Shown here: in pieces, positions 1-6,478 of the stretch
Layout: the number at the start of each line of letters is the position of its first letter
How positions within the stretch are numbered: the first letter of the stretch is position 1
Virus record (IMG/VR): IMGVR_UViG_3300009431_001072
Origin: a virus
Direction: 5' to 3' (one strand)
Length of the DNA: 25,210 bases
Translations under genes and position numbers: made by a program
Notes under the pieces: generated by a model
What the model was told of the DNA's origin: nothing
The model's database searches: none
Seen by the model: the letters and a program-made list of their open reading frames with translations, nothing else

Positions 1-135
1 CATATTAGAAAAGGGAGCACCTGTACCGAAGTTAAAGATACCGGCCTTCCTAATGGAAGTCAATTGGCTTCCATGGATCAAAAAGCTTTGATTTATGTAA
101 ATAATGAAGTAAAAAGAATCAGATTGAATCTTTAA
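1..135 (+). CDS. 3' end of an upstream gene (partial, 44 codons), function unknown
   Basis: Frame 1 is open from base 1 to TAA at 133-135 (...LASMDQKALIYVNNEVKRIRLNL*). It is on the same strand as all other genes. No motif recognised. Confidence 0.3.
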   Translation, partial: HIRKGSTCTEVKDTGLPNGSQLASMDQKALIYVNNEVKRIRLNL

Positions 136-174
136 TTAACTATAGCTGATCTAACATTTACGAAAGGGAGATGA

Positions 175-468
175 ATGAATACTTTTCTAATCAACTTTAA
201 GTACACTAATGAAGGTGTTCGAAAAGTTAAACAAAGTGTAGACCGGATTGATGAATTAAAATTGACTCTGCAGGGAAAATTCGGAGTTACTATCCAAACG
301 GTGTTCATGGCTACGAGCTGTGACACTATTTTTATAGTAACAGCCGAAAAAGCCGCAGATGTTAAAGCAGCGGAACTGTATATTAATGCTGCCGAAAATG
401 TCAGAGTAGATAGCTGGCAACAAATTTGGCAAATCGAAGATATGGTCAAGATTGCCAACAGTATCTAA
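175..468 (+). CDS. GYD-domain family small protein
   Basis: 97 aa. The N-terminus MNTFLINFKYTNEGVRKVKQS..R and the overall length and pattern resemble the ~100-aa GYD family. The eponymous G-Y-D position reads S-C-D (MATSCDTIFIVTAE). AAGGGAG lies just upstream. Confidence 0.55.
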   Translation: MNTFLINFKYTNEGVRKVKQSVDRIDELKLTLQGKFGVTIQTVFMATSCDTIFIVTAEKAADVKAAELYINAAENVRVDSWQQIWQIEDMVKIANSI

Positions 469-480
469 GATTAACGTGGT

Positions 481-504
481 ACAGGTAGACTCGTGTCTAC
501 CTGT
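481..504 (+). other. Perfect 10-bp stem / tetraloop hairpin after the GYD gene
   Basis: ACAGGTAGAC-TCGT-GTCTACCTGT sits 13 nt after the stop at 466-468. No T-run follows, so it is a transcript-stabilising or processing hairpin rather than a clear intrinsic terminator. Confidence 0.4.
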
Positions 505-540
505 GTCCACATTAAGCGTTCCACACTCAAACCTGAAGAT

Positions 541-876
541 ATGAATACAACAGTTTTCTCATCTGGATATATCGCCCGAGATGGTAAATTCTATGGCTGT
601 GCTGATGCTGGACATTTGACTTTGGCAGATGAAATCTTCGATGAGGTTCTTGAAGAAGAAGTACCCGGAGGTAAAGATACACAAATTGTTTTAGATGATC
701 GAGGATGGGTCAGGTTCTCAATGAATCGTTTCTATTTTGATAATCCAGTCGATAAAAAATGGACCAGGAAACAAATAAAAACAGCCAGTGACTATTTATT
801 TACAAAGAATAAGTCAACCGTGTATTATAACGGAAAAAAATGTAGCTATAAAGAGTTTATAGAACTGATTAAATAA
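541..876 (+). CDS. hypothetical protein
   Basis: The ORF track gives 493..876 from a GTG that lies inside the 481-504 hairpin. The first ATG (541, MNTTVFSSGYIARDGKFYGCADAGH...) is the more plausible start. No family recognised. Confidence 0.5.
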   Translation: MNTTVFSSGYIARDGKFYGCADAGHLTLADEIFDEVLEEEVPGGKDTQIVLDDRGWVRFSMNRFYFDNPVDKKWTRKQIKTASDYLFTKNKSTVYYNGKKCSYKEFIELIK

Positions 877-1020
877 ACACGATTGGAGCGAGCATGTGCG
901 TAAAAAAAAGAGCTCCTACCTTGTGGTAACACGTCCTGTATATTCCGGAAGTATTTTCAGGTGCGGAAAGCATAGGTATTAATAGTCTGCCTCTGTCTTA
1001 GAAAAAAGATGGCATAGTAA

Positions 1021-1028
1021 GGTATAAG
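1021..1028 (+). promoter_or_regulatory. GGTATAAG promoter-like (-10-like) box, copy 1
   Basis: gtaaGGTATAAGgc lies 29 nt upstream of the ATG at 1057. It is the weakest of four related boxes (see 1242, 6338, 6932). Confidence 0.3.
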
Positions 1029-1056
1029 GCAATCATTTATAACGAAAGGGACAAAG

Positions 1057-1236
1057 ATGCAGTATAGGGTGGTCGAATTGAAAAATGGAGAAGTGCTAAA
1101 GAAAAATAATTTTTCTCCACTTTCATTCCTGAAATCCTGGATGGAAAACACGAAAATGTATCGGAAATTAAAAAAGGAAGAGGATGGAGTTACATTTGAA
1201 ATATGGGATGAAAACGATAAAGTCATAAAGTCATAA
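1057..1236 (+). CDS. small hypothetical protein (59 aa, below the ORF-track cutoff)
   Basis: ATG at 1057 is preceded by aaagggacaaag. Translation is MQYRVVELKNGEVLKKNNFSPLSFLKSWMENTKMYRKLKKEEDGVTFEIWDENDKVIKS*. It is co-oriented with the neighbours and reads as an ordinary protein, unlike the low-complexity minus-strand ORF 957..1259 that covers the same DNA. Confidence 0.4.
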   Translation: MQYRVVELKNGEVLKKNNFSPLSFLKSWMENTKMYRKLKKEEDGVTFEIWDENDKVIKS

Positions 1237-1241
1237 TTTAA

Positions 1242-1257
1242 GGTATAAGAAATATAC
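1242..1257 (+). promoter_or_regulatory. GGTATAAGAAATATAC promoter-like box, copy 2 (upstream of the Nudix gene)
   Basis: It matches the box at 6932-6947 (GGTATAAGAAATGTAC) at 15 of 16 positions. It contains a TATAAG -10-like hexamer and lies 47 nt upstream of the ATG at 1304. Confidence 0.4.
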
Positions 1258-1303
1258 AACTAATATACAACCAACTTATATAACAAATCAGAAAGGAAAA
1301 GTT

Positions 1304-1711
1304 ATGACTTTATCCAAAGTAAGAGCTATTATTACAAACGACGATGGTGACATCCTGGTAGGAAAATATACCGATTCCGAAGAAGGTATGTTTTACATGC
1401 TGCTGGGTGGGACCTTTGAATTAAGTGATGCAAACGCTTGGGATGCACTTCTGCGTGAACTACGCGAGGAAATTGAAGTAGAAGTTGATGAAATGGAGTA
1501 CTTAGATGTATTAAATAATACGTTTACATGGCATAACAAGTCTTGTCATGAGATGGTAGTATTATTCAGGGTTACATTAAAAGTGCTACCAACTCTGGAT
1601 TCAGCGTTAAATGATGACGGAACTAGAAGTCCTCTTGAATGGATTCCTGCTGAAGATATAAGAGAAGAGAAAGTTGTTATTTACCCAATATGTGCACAGA
1701 AATATATTTGA
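1304..1711 (+). CDS. Nudix hydrolase
   Basis: Nudix box is readable: LGGTFELSDANAWDALLRELREEIEVEV (RE-L-x-EE-x-E-V core). 135 aa is typical of the fold. RBS is AAAGGAAAAG. Confidence 0.8.
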   Translation: MTLSKVRAIITNDDGDILVGKYTDSEEGMFYMLLGGTFELSDANAWDALLRELREEIEVEVDEMEYLDVLNNTFTWHNKSCHEMVVLFRVTLKVLPTLDSALNDDGTRSPLEWIPAEDIREEKVVIYPICAQKYI

Positions 1712-1716
1712 TCTTT

Positions 1717-1800
1717 GCCGAAGTGGTGAAATTGGCAGACACGCTAGATTTAGGATCTAGTGGGCGCAAGCCTGTGTGGGTTCGACCCCCTCCTTCGGCA
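1717..1800 (+). tRNA. tRNA-Leu (anticodon TAG), class II with long variable arm
   Basis: Acceptor GCCGAAG/CTTCGGC is 7 bp perfect. Anticodon arm is CTAGA-TTTAGGA-TCTAG. Variable arm is GGGC-GCAA-GCCT. T arm is GTGGG-TTCGACC-CCCTC with one T-T mismatch. Discriminator is A and no CCA is encoded. Confidence 0.8.
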
Positions 1801-1847
1801 CAACCTAATTAACTAAACCCAGAAAACAGAAACTAAAAAGGGTAAAC

Positions 1848-3017
1848 ATGGAAAAACAAGAATTTATGGCTGAATTAGCCACAGACGCTATTAATGGTTT
1901 AATGTTCTTTACTGATAAGGTGGATAAAGACTATGGAAGCCAATCAAAGCAACACCGGTTATTAGTAAATGGTGGGACCAGACCGATTTACAAATTTATT
2001 AGAGGAAAAACTCCAAAGATCTCTATGCAAAAGTTATGTTACTGGAACATAAAAGCTACAATAAATCTATATATAGATGTATGCTGTGCGCTTTGTTGTT
2101 ATTGTACACACACAACATGCGGTTTCCGGAAAGACATAAGTCAAGCAGGGATAGTTGAGACTACTGATAATATTATAGAAAGCATGAGAGTACTGTTTGA
2201 TACATACCTGTATACTACAAAAGACTTTAGTCCAGGTGATCTAATTTACGGTGGATCAAAATCAGATCATCTATCTCCGAACGTAACAGATGTTGAAATT
2301 CAAGCTATGATCGACTTCATAGCAAGTTACGACGTTCTAAATTTTGTAATATTTACCAAATTCCCTGACAGGTTAGTAAATAAGAAAGGCAAATTAAATT
2401 TTAGTATTCCAGCTAATCTTGCTATAGTAGCAACCGTGGAAACAGATTTGGAACAATATACACGTACACTGTCTCTCTTAAAAGATAAAGATATAACTAC
2501 AGGATGTAAATTACCTTCAGCTCCACATGTTAGAATTAAAGCAATTAAGAACTTAAGAGTAAATAATGTAACCGCTGGATTCGGTATTTCTCCTGCTATA
2601 GATTCTAGTACAAAGTTTGTAAAAAAATTAGCAGCAGCTGATCCGGATATAGTAATACTCGGAAGCGTAAATAATTCTGAGGGTAAGATTAAAACTATGG
2701 AAGCCGATTGGATACAAAAATTTCCGGAGTTAGGTTATCGTATTCCTCAAATTTTGGGCGCCAGAAAAGTAGTTTTCCCGTGGTTAACCGCGGAGAAAGG
2801 AAACATACTAATCGATGATTTAAAAACTCAAATTGGTGAAGATAAGTTATACTTGTTACCATCTGCGGGACGGGAATTTAATCTTTTAGGTCACAGAAAA
2901 ATAAATGAAATAATAAGCCCAAAACCATATAATAAACGGGTTCATGCCAAGTTTACCATACCGAATCAAACGCTGAATGGGAATATTATACAAAATGCAT
3001 TAAATGGAAGGAGATGA
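1848..3017 (+). CDS. Cys-cluster protein, radical-SAM-like / phage Gp37-Gp68 (DUF5131)-like
   Basis: 389 aa. CCALCCYC contains a CX3CX2C spacing. Downstream order GGSKSDHL ... VIFTKFPDRL ... ATVETD ... GISPAID ... DIVILGS loosely parallels the DUF5131 order (SMSDLFH ... LTKRPERM ... VSVE ... EPLL ... VIVGGE). The CDS is confident; the family assignment is tentative. Confidence 0.6.
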   Translation: MEKQEFMAELATDAINGLMFFTDKVDKDYGSQSKQHRLLVNGGTRPIYKFIRGKTPKISMQKLCYWNIKATINLYIDVCCALCCYCTHTTCGFRKDISQAGIVETTDNIIESMRVLFDTYLYTTKDFSPGDLIYGGSKSDHLSPNVTDVEIQAMIDFIASYDVLNFVIFTKFPDRLVNKKGKLNFSIPANLAIVATVETDLEQYTRTLSLLKDKDITTGCKLPSAPHVRIKAIKNLRVNNVTAGFGISPAIDSSTKFVKKLAAADPDIVILGSVNNSEGKIKTMEADWIQKFPELGYRIPQILGARKVVFPWLTAEKGNILIDDLKTQIGEDKLYLLPSAGREFNLLGHRKINEIISPKPYNKRVHAKFTIPNQTLNGNIIQNALNGRR

Positions 3018-3028
3018 AGTAAGGAAAG

Positions 3029-3373
3029 ATGAAACAGCTAACAGAAAAACAACTCATCAATTATTGGAATAAATCTCTGAAGAAGAGAATGCATCATTTG
3101 AGAACAACACCAAAATTTAAGGCTGGCCAACAAATTAAGATAAAAGTGCAAGAACCAGACTTAGGTAGCTGGACTTGGATGGATGAATGCCGATTGAAGC
3201 GTAAAGGTAAAATTGGTACTATAATAGATATTGAGTGGTTACCAAACGAAGAAGTCCCAAAACAGTATTCAAATTTTTCATACACAGTGTTATTTCAAGA
3301 TGGAAGAAAAATCTCATTTGTTGAAGAGCACTTAATCCAGTTATCAAAAAAGGACTTGAATAATTTAAAATAA
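3029..3373 (+). CDS. hypothetical protein
   Basis: 114-aa ORF with AAGGAAAG RBS, tightly spaced after the previous gene. No motif recognised. Confidence 0.6.
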   Translation: MKQLTEKQLINYWNKSLKKRMHHLRTTPKFKAGQQIKIKVQEPDLGSWTWMDECRLKRKGKIGTIIDIEWLPNEEVPKQYSNFSYTVLFQDGRKISFVEEHLIQLSKKDLNNLK

Positions 3374-3410
3374 ATTATTATATTATACACTGAGGAACCA
3401 CGAGTTATCG

Positions 3411-3483
3411 GCGGGCGTGGCCGAACGGCTAAGGCGCTAGATTTCCAATCTAGTATTTGAGAGTTCGATTCTCTCCGTCCGCT
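3411..3483 (+). tRNA. tRNA-Gly (anticodon TCC)
   Basis: Acceptor GCGGGCG/CGTCCGC has one G-T pair. Anticodon arm is CTAGA-TTTCCAA-TCTAG with U33 and A37. T arm is GAGAG-TTCGATT-CTCTC, with a 5-nt variable loop. 73 nt, no CCA encoded. The D arm (GCC-GAACGGCTAA-GGC) is atypical for Gly. Confidence 0.75.
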
Positions 3484-3522
3484 CAATAAAACTAACATTA
3501 ACTTAACAGAAAAGGAAAAGTT

Positions 3523-4149
3523 ATGATAAGTAAATCACAAATACGTAGGTTAAAAATTCAAGGGGCTCCAATACCTAACGAAGAAGTTGTACAAGACAAG
3601 ATGACACCGGCTGAAAAAATAAAGTTAATGGCTTTGATAATATTTGTTATTATCGTCGCATTTATTTGTATATATATGGGAACAGCAAATGGGCAACTTC
3701 CAGAGAAGCTAGCAACGAGTAAAGTATTAGTTTCTTGGCAACCATCTGCTAATTCTGATATACATAAGTATAACATATATGTAGACACTGTTTATTTAAT
3801 ATCGGTAATCCATCCGGATACAAGTATTGCTTTACAATTAGATTCTATTATGGTAAGATATTACCAAAATATTCAATTTAATGTAACAGCTGAGGATTCT
3901 ACCGGTAACGAGTCACCGATGTCAAATACAGTAGATAAACTGCTATGTAAAGAAATGGGAAAACTTTATTGTGACGTCGATGGAGATGGGTCAGTCATTA
4001 ACATTGACTACTTCCTAATGCTAAGAAAGTTAGGCAATCATGTCTCCATAGAAGACACAATGCTTCAAGTTTTCGATTTTAACGGCGACACACTTATCAA
4101 CAATATAGATTTTGCAATCATGTTAAAAAGATTGGGGAATCGAAAGTAA
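3523..4149 (+). CDS. membrane-anchored protein with FN3-like module and C-terminal type-I-like dockerin
   Basis: TM helix LMALIIFVIIVAFICIY. FN3-like stretch VLVSWQPSANSDIHKYNIYVD...FNVTAEDSTGNESPMSN. Duplicated Ca-binding F-hand: DVDGDGSVINIDYFLMLRKLG and DFNGDTLINNIDFAIMLKRLG (nt ~3970-4137). Confidence 0.75.
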   Translation: MISKSQIRRLKIQGAPIPNEEVVQDKMTPAEKIKLMALIIFVIIVAFICIYMGTANGQLPEKLATSKVLVSWQPSANSDIHKYNIYVDTVYLISVIHPDTSIALQLDSIMVRYYQNIQFNVTAEDSTGNESPMSNTVDKLLCKEMGKLYCDVDGDGSVINIDYFLMLRKLGNHVSIEDTMLQVFDFNGDTLINNIDFAIMLKRLGNRK

Positions 4150-4187
4150 CGTAAACAAAGTAACAAGCAACACCCGGAGGAACAACC

Positions 4188-4613
4188 ATGAATATTACAT
4201 TTGGGAATGTAGTAGCATTGCAATATACGGATACAGATCCTATAGAACTTCCGACAACACATGAAGACGCAATGTTAACAGTGGAAACAGGAAAGACATA
4301 CAAGGTAAACGTGAGAATTGATTCAAACAAGGAATTCCATAGCATAGGTTTTGACCTGGGCTGGGATGAAGAAAACATTAAACCTATAATGTCTACTGGA
4401 GCAGTTGTCACCGAAGATGGAGACTTGTTCACTGGGCTAAATTATGATTTAGTAGCCAACGCATTCTTAAATGAAAAACGCATTTATATAACAAAATCAT
4501 TAAGAGCTACTGTACCTCCCGCAAGTGTTGGAAACTTTTGGATACTTAGTATCCTAATTACAAAAACAGGTGATCGTCTACATTTAACGATTACAACAGA
4601 GGAAGTAGTTTAA
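4188..4613 (+). CDS. cohesin-like beta-sandwich protein (tentative)
   Basis: 141 aa, GGAGG RBS. The pattern ETGKTYKVNVRID....HSIGFDLGWDEENIKPI...GDLFTG....IYITKSL...SVGNFWILSILITKTGD resembles the cohesin pattern (G.TV.VPV.....ANCDF.L.YD...L....G.......I.......DG.FA.I.F.V). It sits directly after the dockerin gene. Confidence 0.4.
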   Translation: MNITFGNVVALQYTDTDPIELPTTHEDAMLTVETGKTYKVNVRIDSNKEFHSIGFDLGWDEENIKPIMSTGAVVTEDGDLFTGLNYDLVANAFLNEKRIYITKSLRATVPPASVGNFWILSILITKTGDRLHLTITTEEVV

Positions 4614-4651
4614 CGAAACCGAATAACTAATTGAAATTTAAAGCAAACTTG

Positions 4652-4880
4652 ATGGCAGTTTGTCAAGGCTGCGATCTAAGAAATACTAGGACACAAGTGG
4701 TATTGCCGATTATGCACAGGGATCCACTTGTGTTTTTTTTTCTTGGTGAGGCGCCTGGCAAAAAAAAATGAAGACTTAAATGGTTACCATCCAGCAACAC
4801 TTGTTTATGATGAGAAATACTATAAGCCGCTATGGAAAACGCACTTAATTGATATTAAAAATTATTTGAGAGGAGACTAA
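4652..4880 (+). pseudogene. remnant of a family-4 uracil-DNA glycosylase-like gene, frameshifted in an A9 tract
   Basis: 4652-4771 translates to MAVCQGCDLRNTRTQVVLPIMHRDPLVFFFLGEAPGKKK*, which matches the family-4 N-terminus (C..C.L...RT.VV ... GEAPG). After the A9 run (4760-4768) the +1 frame continues EDLNGYHP, matching GEAPG..ED..G.PF. It then diverges and stops at 4878-4880. Total ~75 aa against ~200 for an intact enzyme. Confidence 0.55.
4691..4741 (+). terminator. rho-independent terminator candidate (inside the UDG remnant)
   Basis: ACACAAGTGG (4691-4700) pairs perfectly with CCACTTGTGT (4724-4733) and is followed by a T9 run to 4741. The loop is long (23 nt). Confidence 0.55.
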
Positions 4881-4881
4881 T

Positions 4882-5538
4882 ATGAAAATATTAATCGTTT
4901 CCACACTGATGGTGATTTGCTTAATTTTATCTATCTGGATTTTGATTGATTTAGACTATAATGCATCGAAGAGGTCACATCAAGTGACACAGATGGAAAA
5001 TAAAGTGAAAGAACTTAGATGTGTTGTATCTTTTCATAACTATACTCAGTTAAAAAAGAAAAAGATACAAGAAATAATTGGTCCAGTTCCAGAAGAATAC
5101 TTGAATTTAGCTATGGATGCTACTCTTAAGTATCCAGCATTAGATATGGAACTTATTTGTGCCGTTATTCATCATGAAAGCGCAAAAACATGGGACCCAA
5201 AAATTATTTCACCAATGGGAGCGGTGGGGTTGATGCAAGTGATGCCAAAAACTGGCAGATTAATCTCGAAAAGAAGAAATATAAGCACTTACAGCAAGAA
5301 GATGCTGTATAATCCGAAATTCAATGTTGATTTTGGATGTTGGCTTTTAAATGAATTGATACCTGTTTTCGGAGTTAAAGCCGGTCTCGCAGCTTATAAT
5401 GGACCGTATGATATTGCCTGGGAATATAAAAAACAGTTAAAAAGGAATCCAAAGCATGCCCATAAATATCTTCTTTTAGAAACAAGAAAATATATTCCAA
5501 TTGTTTTAGAGATATATAAAAAATTAAAAACTATTTAG
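4882..5538 (+). CDS. lytic transglycosylase (SLT domain) with N-terminal membrane anchor
   Basis: SLT signature LICAVIHHESAKTWDPKIISPMGAVGLMQVMPKTG (catalytic E-S, GLMQ). N-terminal TM helix ILIVSTLMVICLILSIWILI. Strong RBS GAGAGGAG. Confidence 0.85.
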   Translation: MKILIVSTLMVICLILSIWILIDLDYNASKRSHQVTQMENKVKELRCVVSFHNYTQLKKKKIQEIIGPVPEEYLNLAMDATLKYPALDMELICAVIHHESAKTWDPKIISPMGAVGLMQVMPKTGRLISKRRNISTYSKKMLYNPKFNVDFGCWLLNELIPVFGVKAGLAAYNGPYDIAWEYKKQLKRNPKHAHKYLLLETRKYIPIVLEIYKKLKTI

Positions 5539-5548
5539 AGATCCAGAT

Positions 5549-5821
5549 ATGAAATCAAAAACAACATGTAGTGAATGTGGGTTAAATTACGCATTTTGCA
5601 AATGTGGTAGTCACATAACCCCTGTTGCATGCCCACATACAAACAGAGAAATTCACCCAAACGGTTATAAATGCAAAGATTGTGCGCGAACTGCCATAAA
5701 CGAAAAACAGCGAAACAGTTTAAATGGTTTAAGTGCTGATGACCGAGTGGTTAGGTACAGGATTGCAAATCCTGTAAGACGGGTTCGATTCCCGTTCAGC
5801 ACTCTAAACTTGGAGGCATAA
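5549..5821 (+). CDS. Cys-rich (zinc-ribbon-like) small protein; 3' third overlaps tRNA-Cys
   Basis: The N-terminal 55 aa carry CSEC...CKC...CPH...CKDC. The frame has no stop until 5819-5821, so it reads through the tRNA at 5733-5803. Weak RBS. It may be real with a fortuitous tail, or spurious. Confidence 0.35.
   Translation: MKSKTTCSECGLNYAFCKCGSHITPVACPHTNREIHPNGYKCKDCARTAINEKQRNSLNGLSADDRVVRYRIANPVRRVRFPFSTLNLEA
5733..5803 (+). tRNA. tRNA-Cys (anticodon GCA)
   Basis: Acceptor GTGCTGA/TCAGCAC is 7 bp perfect. Anticodon arm is CAGGA-TTGCAAA-TCCTG. T arm is ACGGG-TTCGATT-CCCGT. 71 nt, discriminator T, no CCA. Confidence 0.85.
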
Positions 5822-6100
5822 ATGAATACAAAAAAGCAAGTGAAACTGTCAAAAAGGCAGTTTATATGTAAATCAATTGCGATGGGCAAAAAAATGGTTT
5901 ACATAAAAAAAGACATAAAGGACATAAAAGACTTATCAGTTGAGGTTCCTTCTATATTTTTACAATCCAGGGAATCCGGGATAACTGGAAAAATTCTTGG
6001 ATTTGTCCATGCAACCTTCGGGTTGTACTACTTTATTTTGGTAGGCAAAAAAGTGGGTGTTTACCACATAGATGAATTTATTATCAAGGGAAAAAAATGA
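5822..6100 (+). CDS. hypothetical protein
   Basis: 92 aa. GGAGG lies 6 nt upstream of the ATG at 5822. No motif recognised. Confidence 0.6.
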   Translation: MNTKKQVKLSKRQFICKSIAMGKKMVYIKKDIKDIKDLSVEVPSIFLQSRESGITGKILGFVHATFGLYYFILVGKKVGVYHIDEFIIKGKK

Positions 6101-6303
6101 ATGACAAAGGAAAACTAGAAAAATTTTTAACAAAACAAGGAGACTCAGGGTTCTCAATACTTGCAGATGCTTTAGAACGAGAAACGGGGGTAGCATTAAG
6201 TAAAGTCCCAATCAAAGGAAAGACTATTAGAGCAGATCTCGGAGATCCTGTACCTAGTTTATCCGATCTGGTCGATCAAGACATAACTATCTCTAACGAC
6301 TAA
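6097..6303 (+). CDS. hypothetical protein
   Basis: 68 aa, with an ATGA start/stop overlap with the previous gene. No motif recognised. Confidence 0.5.
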   Translation: MNDKGKLEKFLTKQGDSGFSILADALERETGVALSKVPIKGKTIRADLGDPVPSLSDLVDQDITISND

Positions 6304-6337
6304 CGACTTACCGCCAGGAACTTTTTTGCGAAAATGT

Positions 6338-6347
6338 GGTATAAGAA
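6338..6347 (+). promoter_or_regulatory. TG-GGTATAAGAA extended -10-like box, copy 3 (upstream of the small-RNA array)
   Basis: aaaatgTGGTATAAGAAT reads as a TGnTATAAG extended -10 and lies 48 nt upstream of RNA unit 1. No canonical -35 at 17 bp. Confidence 0.4.
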
Positions 6348-6394
6348 TATTGAACAAAGAACATAGAACATAGAACTCCTTTCTGTTAAATAAA

Positions 6395-6451
6395 GGGCTA
6401 CATTCAGCACCCAAAAATTCACTCGTTCGGAATGAAAACAAAACGTAGCCC
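6395..6451 (+). ncRNA. stem-closed small-RNA unit 1 (ACAGCAC-box family)
   Basis: 57 nt. Terminal helix GGGCTAC/GTAGCCC, then AT + TCAGCAC box (6404-6410). Internal hairpin ATTC-ACTCGTTCG-GAAT. Shares CGTTCGGAATG with unit 3. No ORF. Confidence 0.5.
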
Positions 6452-6478
6452 GATGAAAATTATTTTAATATAAATAAA

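Noticed and set aside
957-1259. 100-aa minus-strand ORF from the track.
   Set aside because: The translation is low-complexity and Phe/Ser/Ile-rich, typical of the antisense of AT-rich coding DNA. It is the only would-be minus gene in its region. A well-formed 59-aa plus-strand ORF with an RBS (1057-1236) occupies the same DNA.
3410-3483. The extra G at 3410 in front of the tRNA suggested a tRNA-His G-1.
   Set aside because: The anticodon loop TTTCCAA gives TCC (Gly), not GTG. The extra G is simply flanking sequence.
4760-4772. Programmed ribosomal frameshift on the A9 tract restoring the UDG-like protein.
   Set aside because: Even with the shift the product is only ~75 aa, and it loses family similarity after EDLNGYHP. 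An intrinsic terminator also sits upstream within the same ORF. Gene decay explains the sequence better.
5796-5802. TCAGCAC, the 3' acceptor strand of tRNA-Cys, is identical to the unit-1 box. This suggests the boxes might pair with the tRNA-Cys 5' strand GTGCTGA.
   Set aside because: A single 7-mer coincidence is expected by chance about once in 25 kb, and the other units carry ACAGCAC (one mismatch). I noted it but did not build on it.
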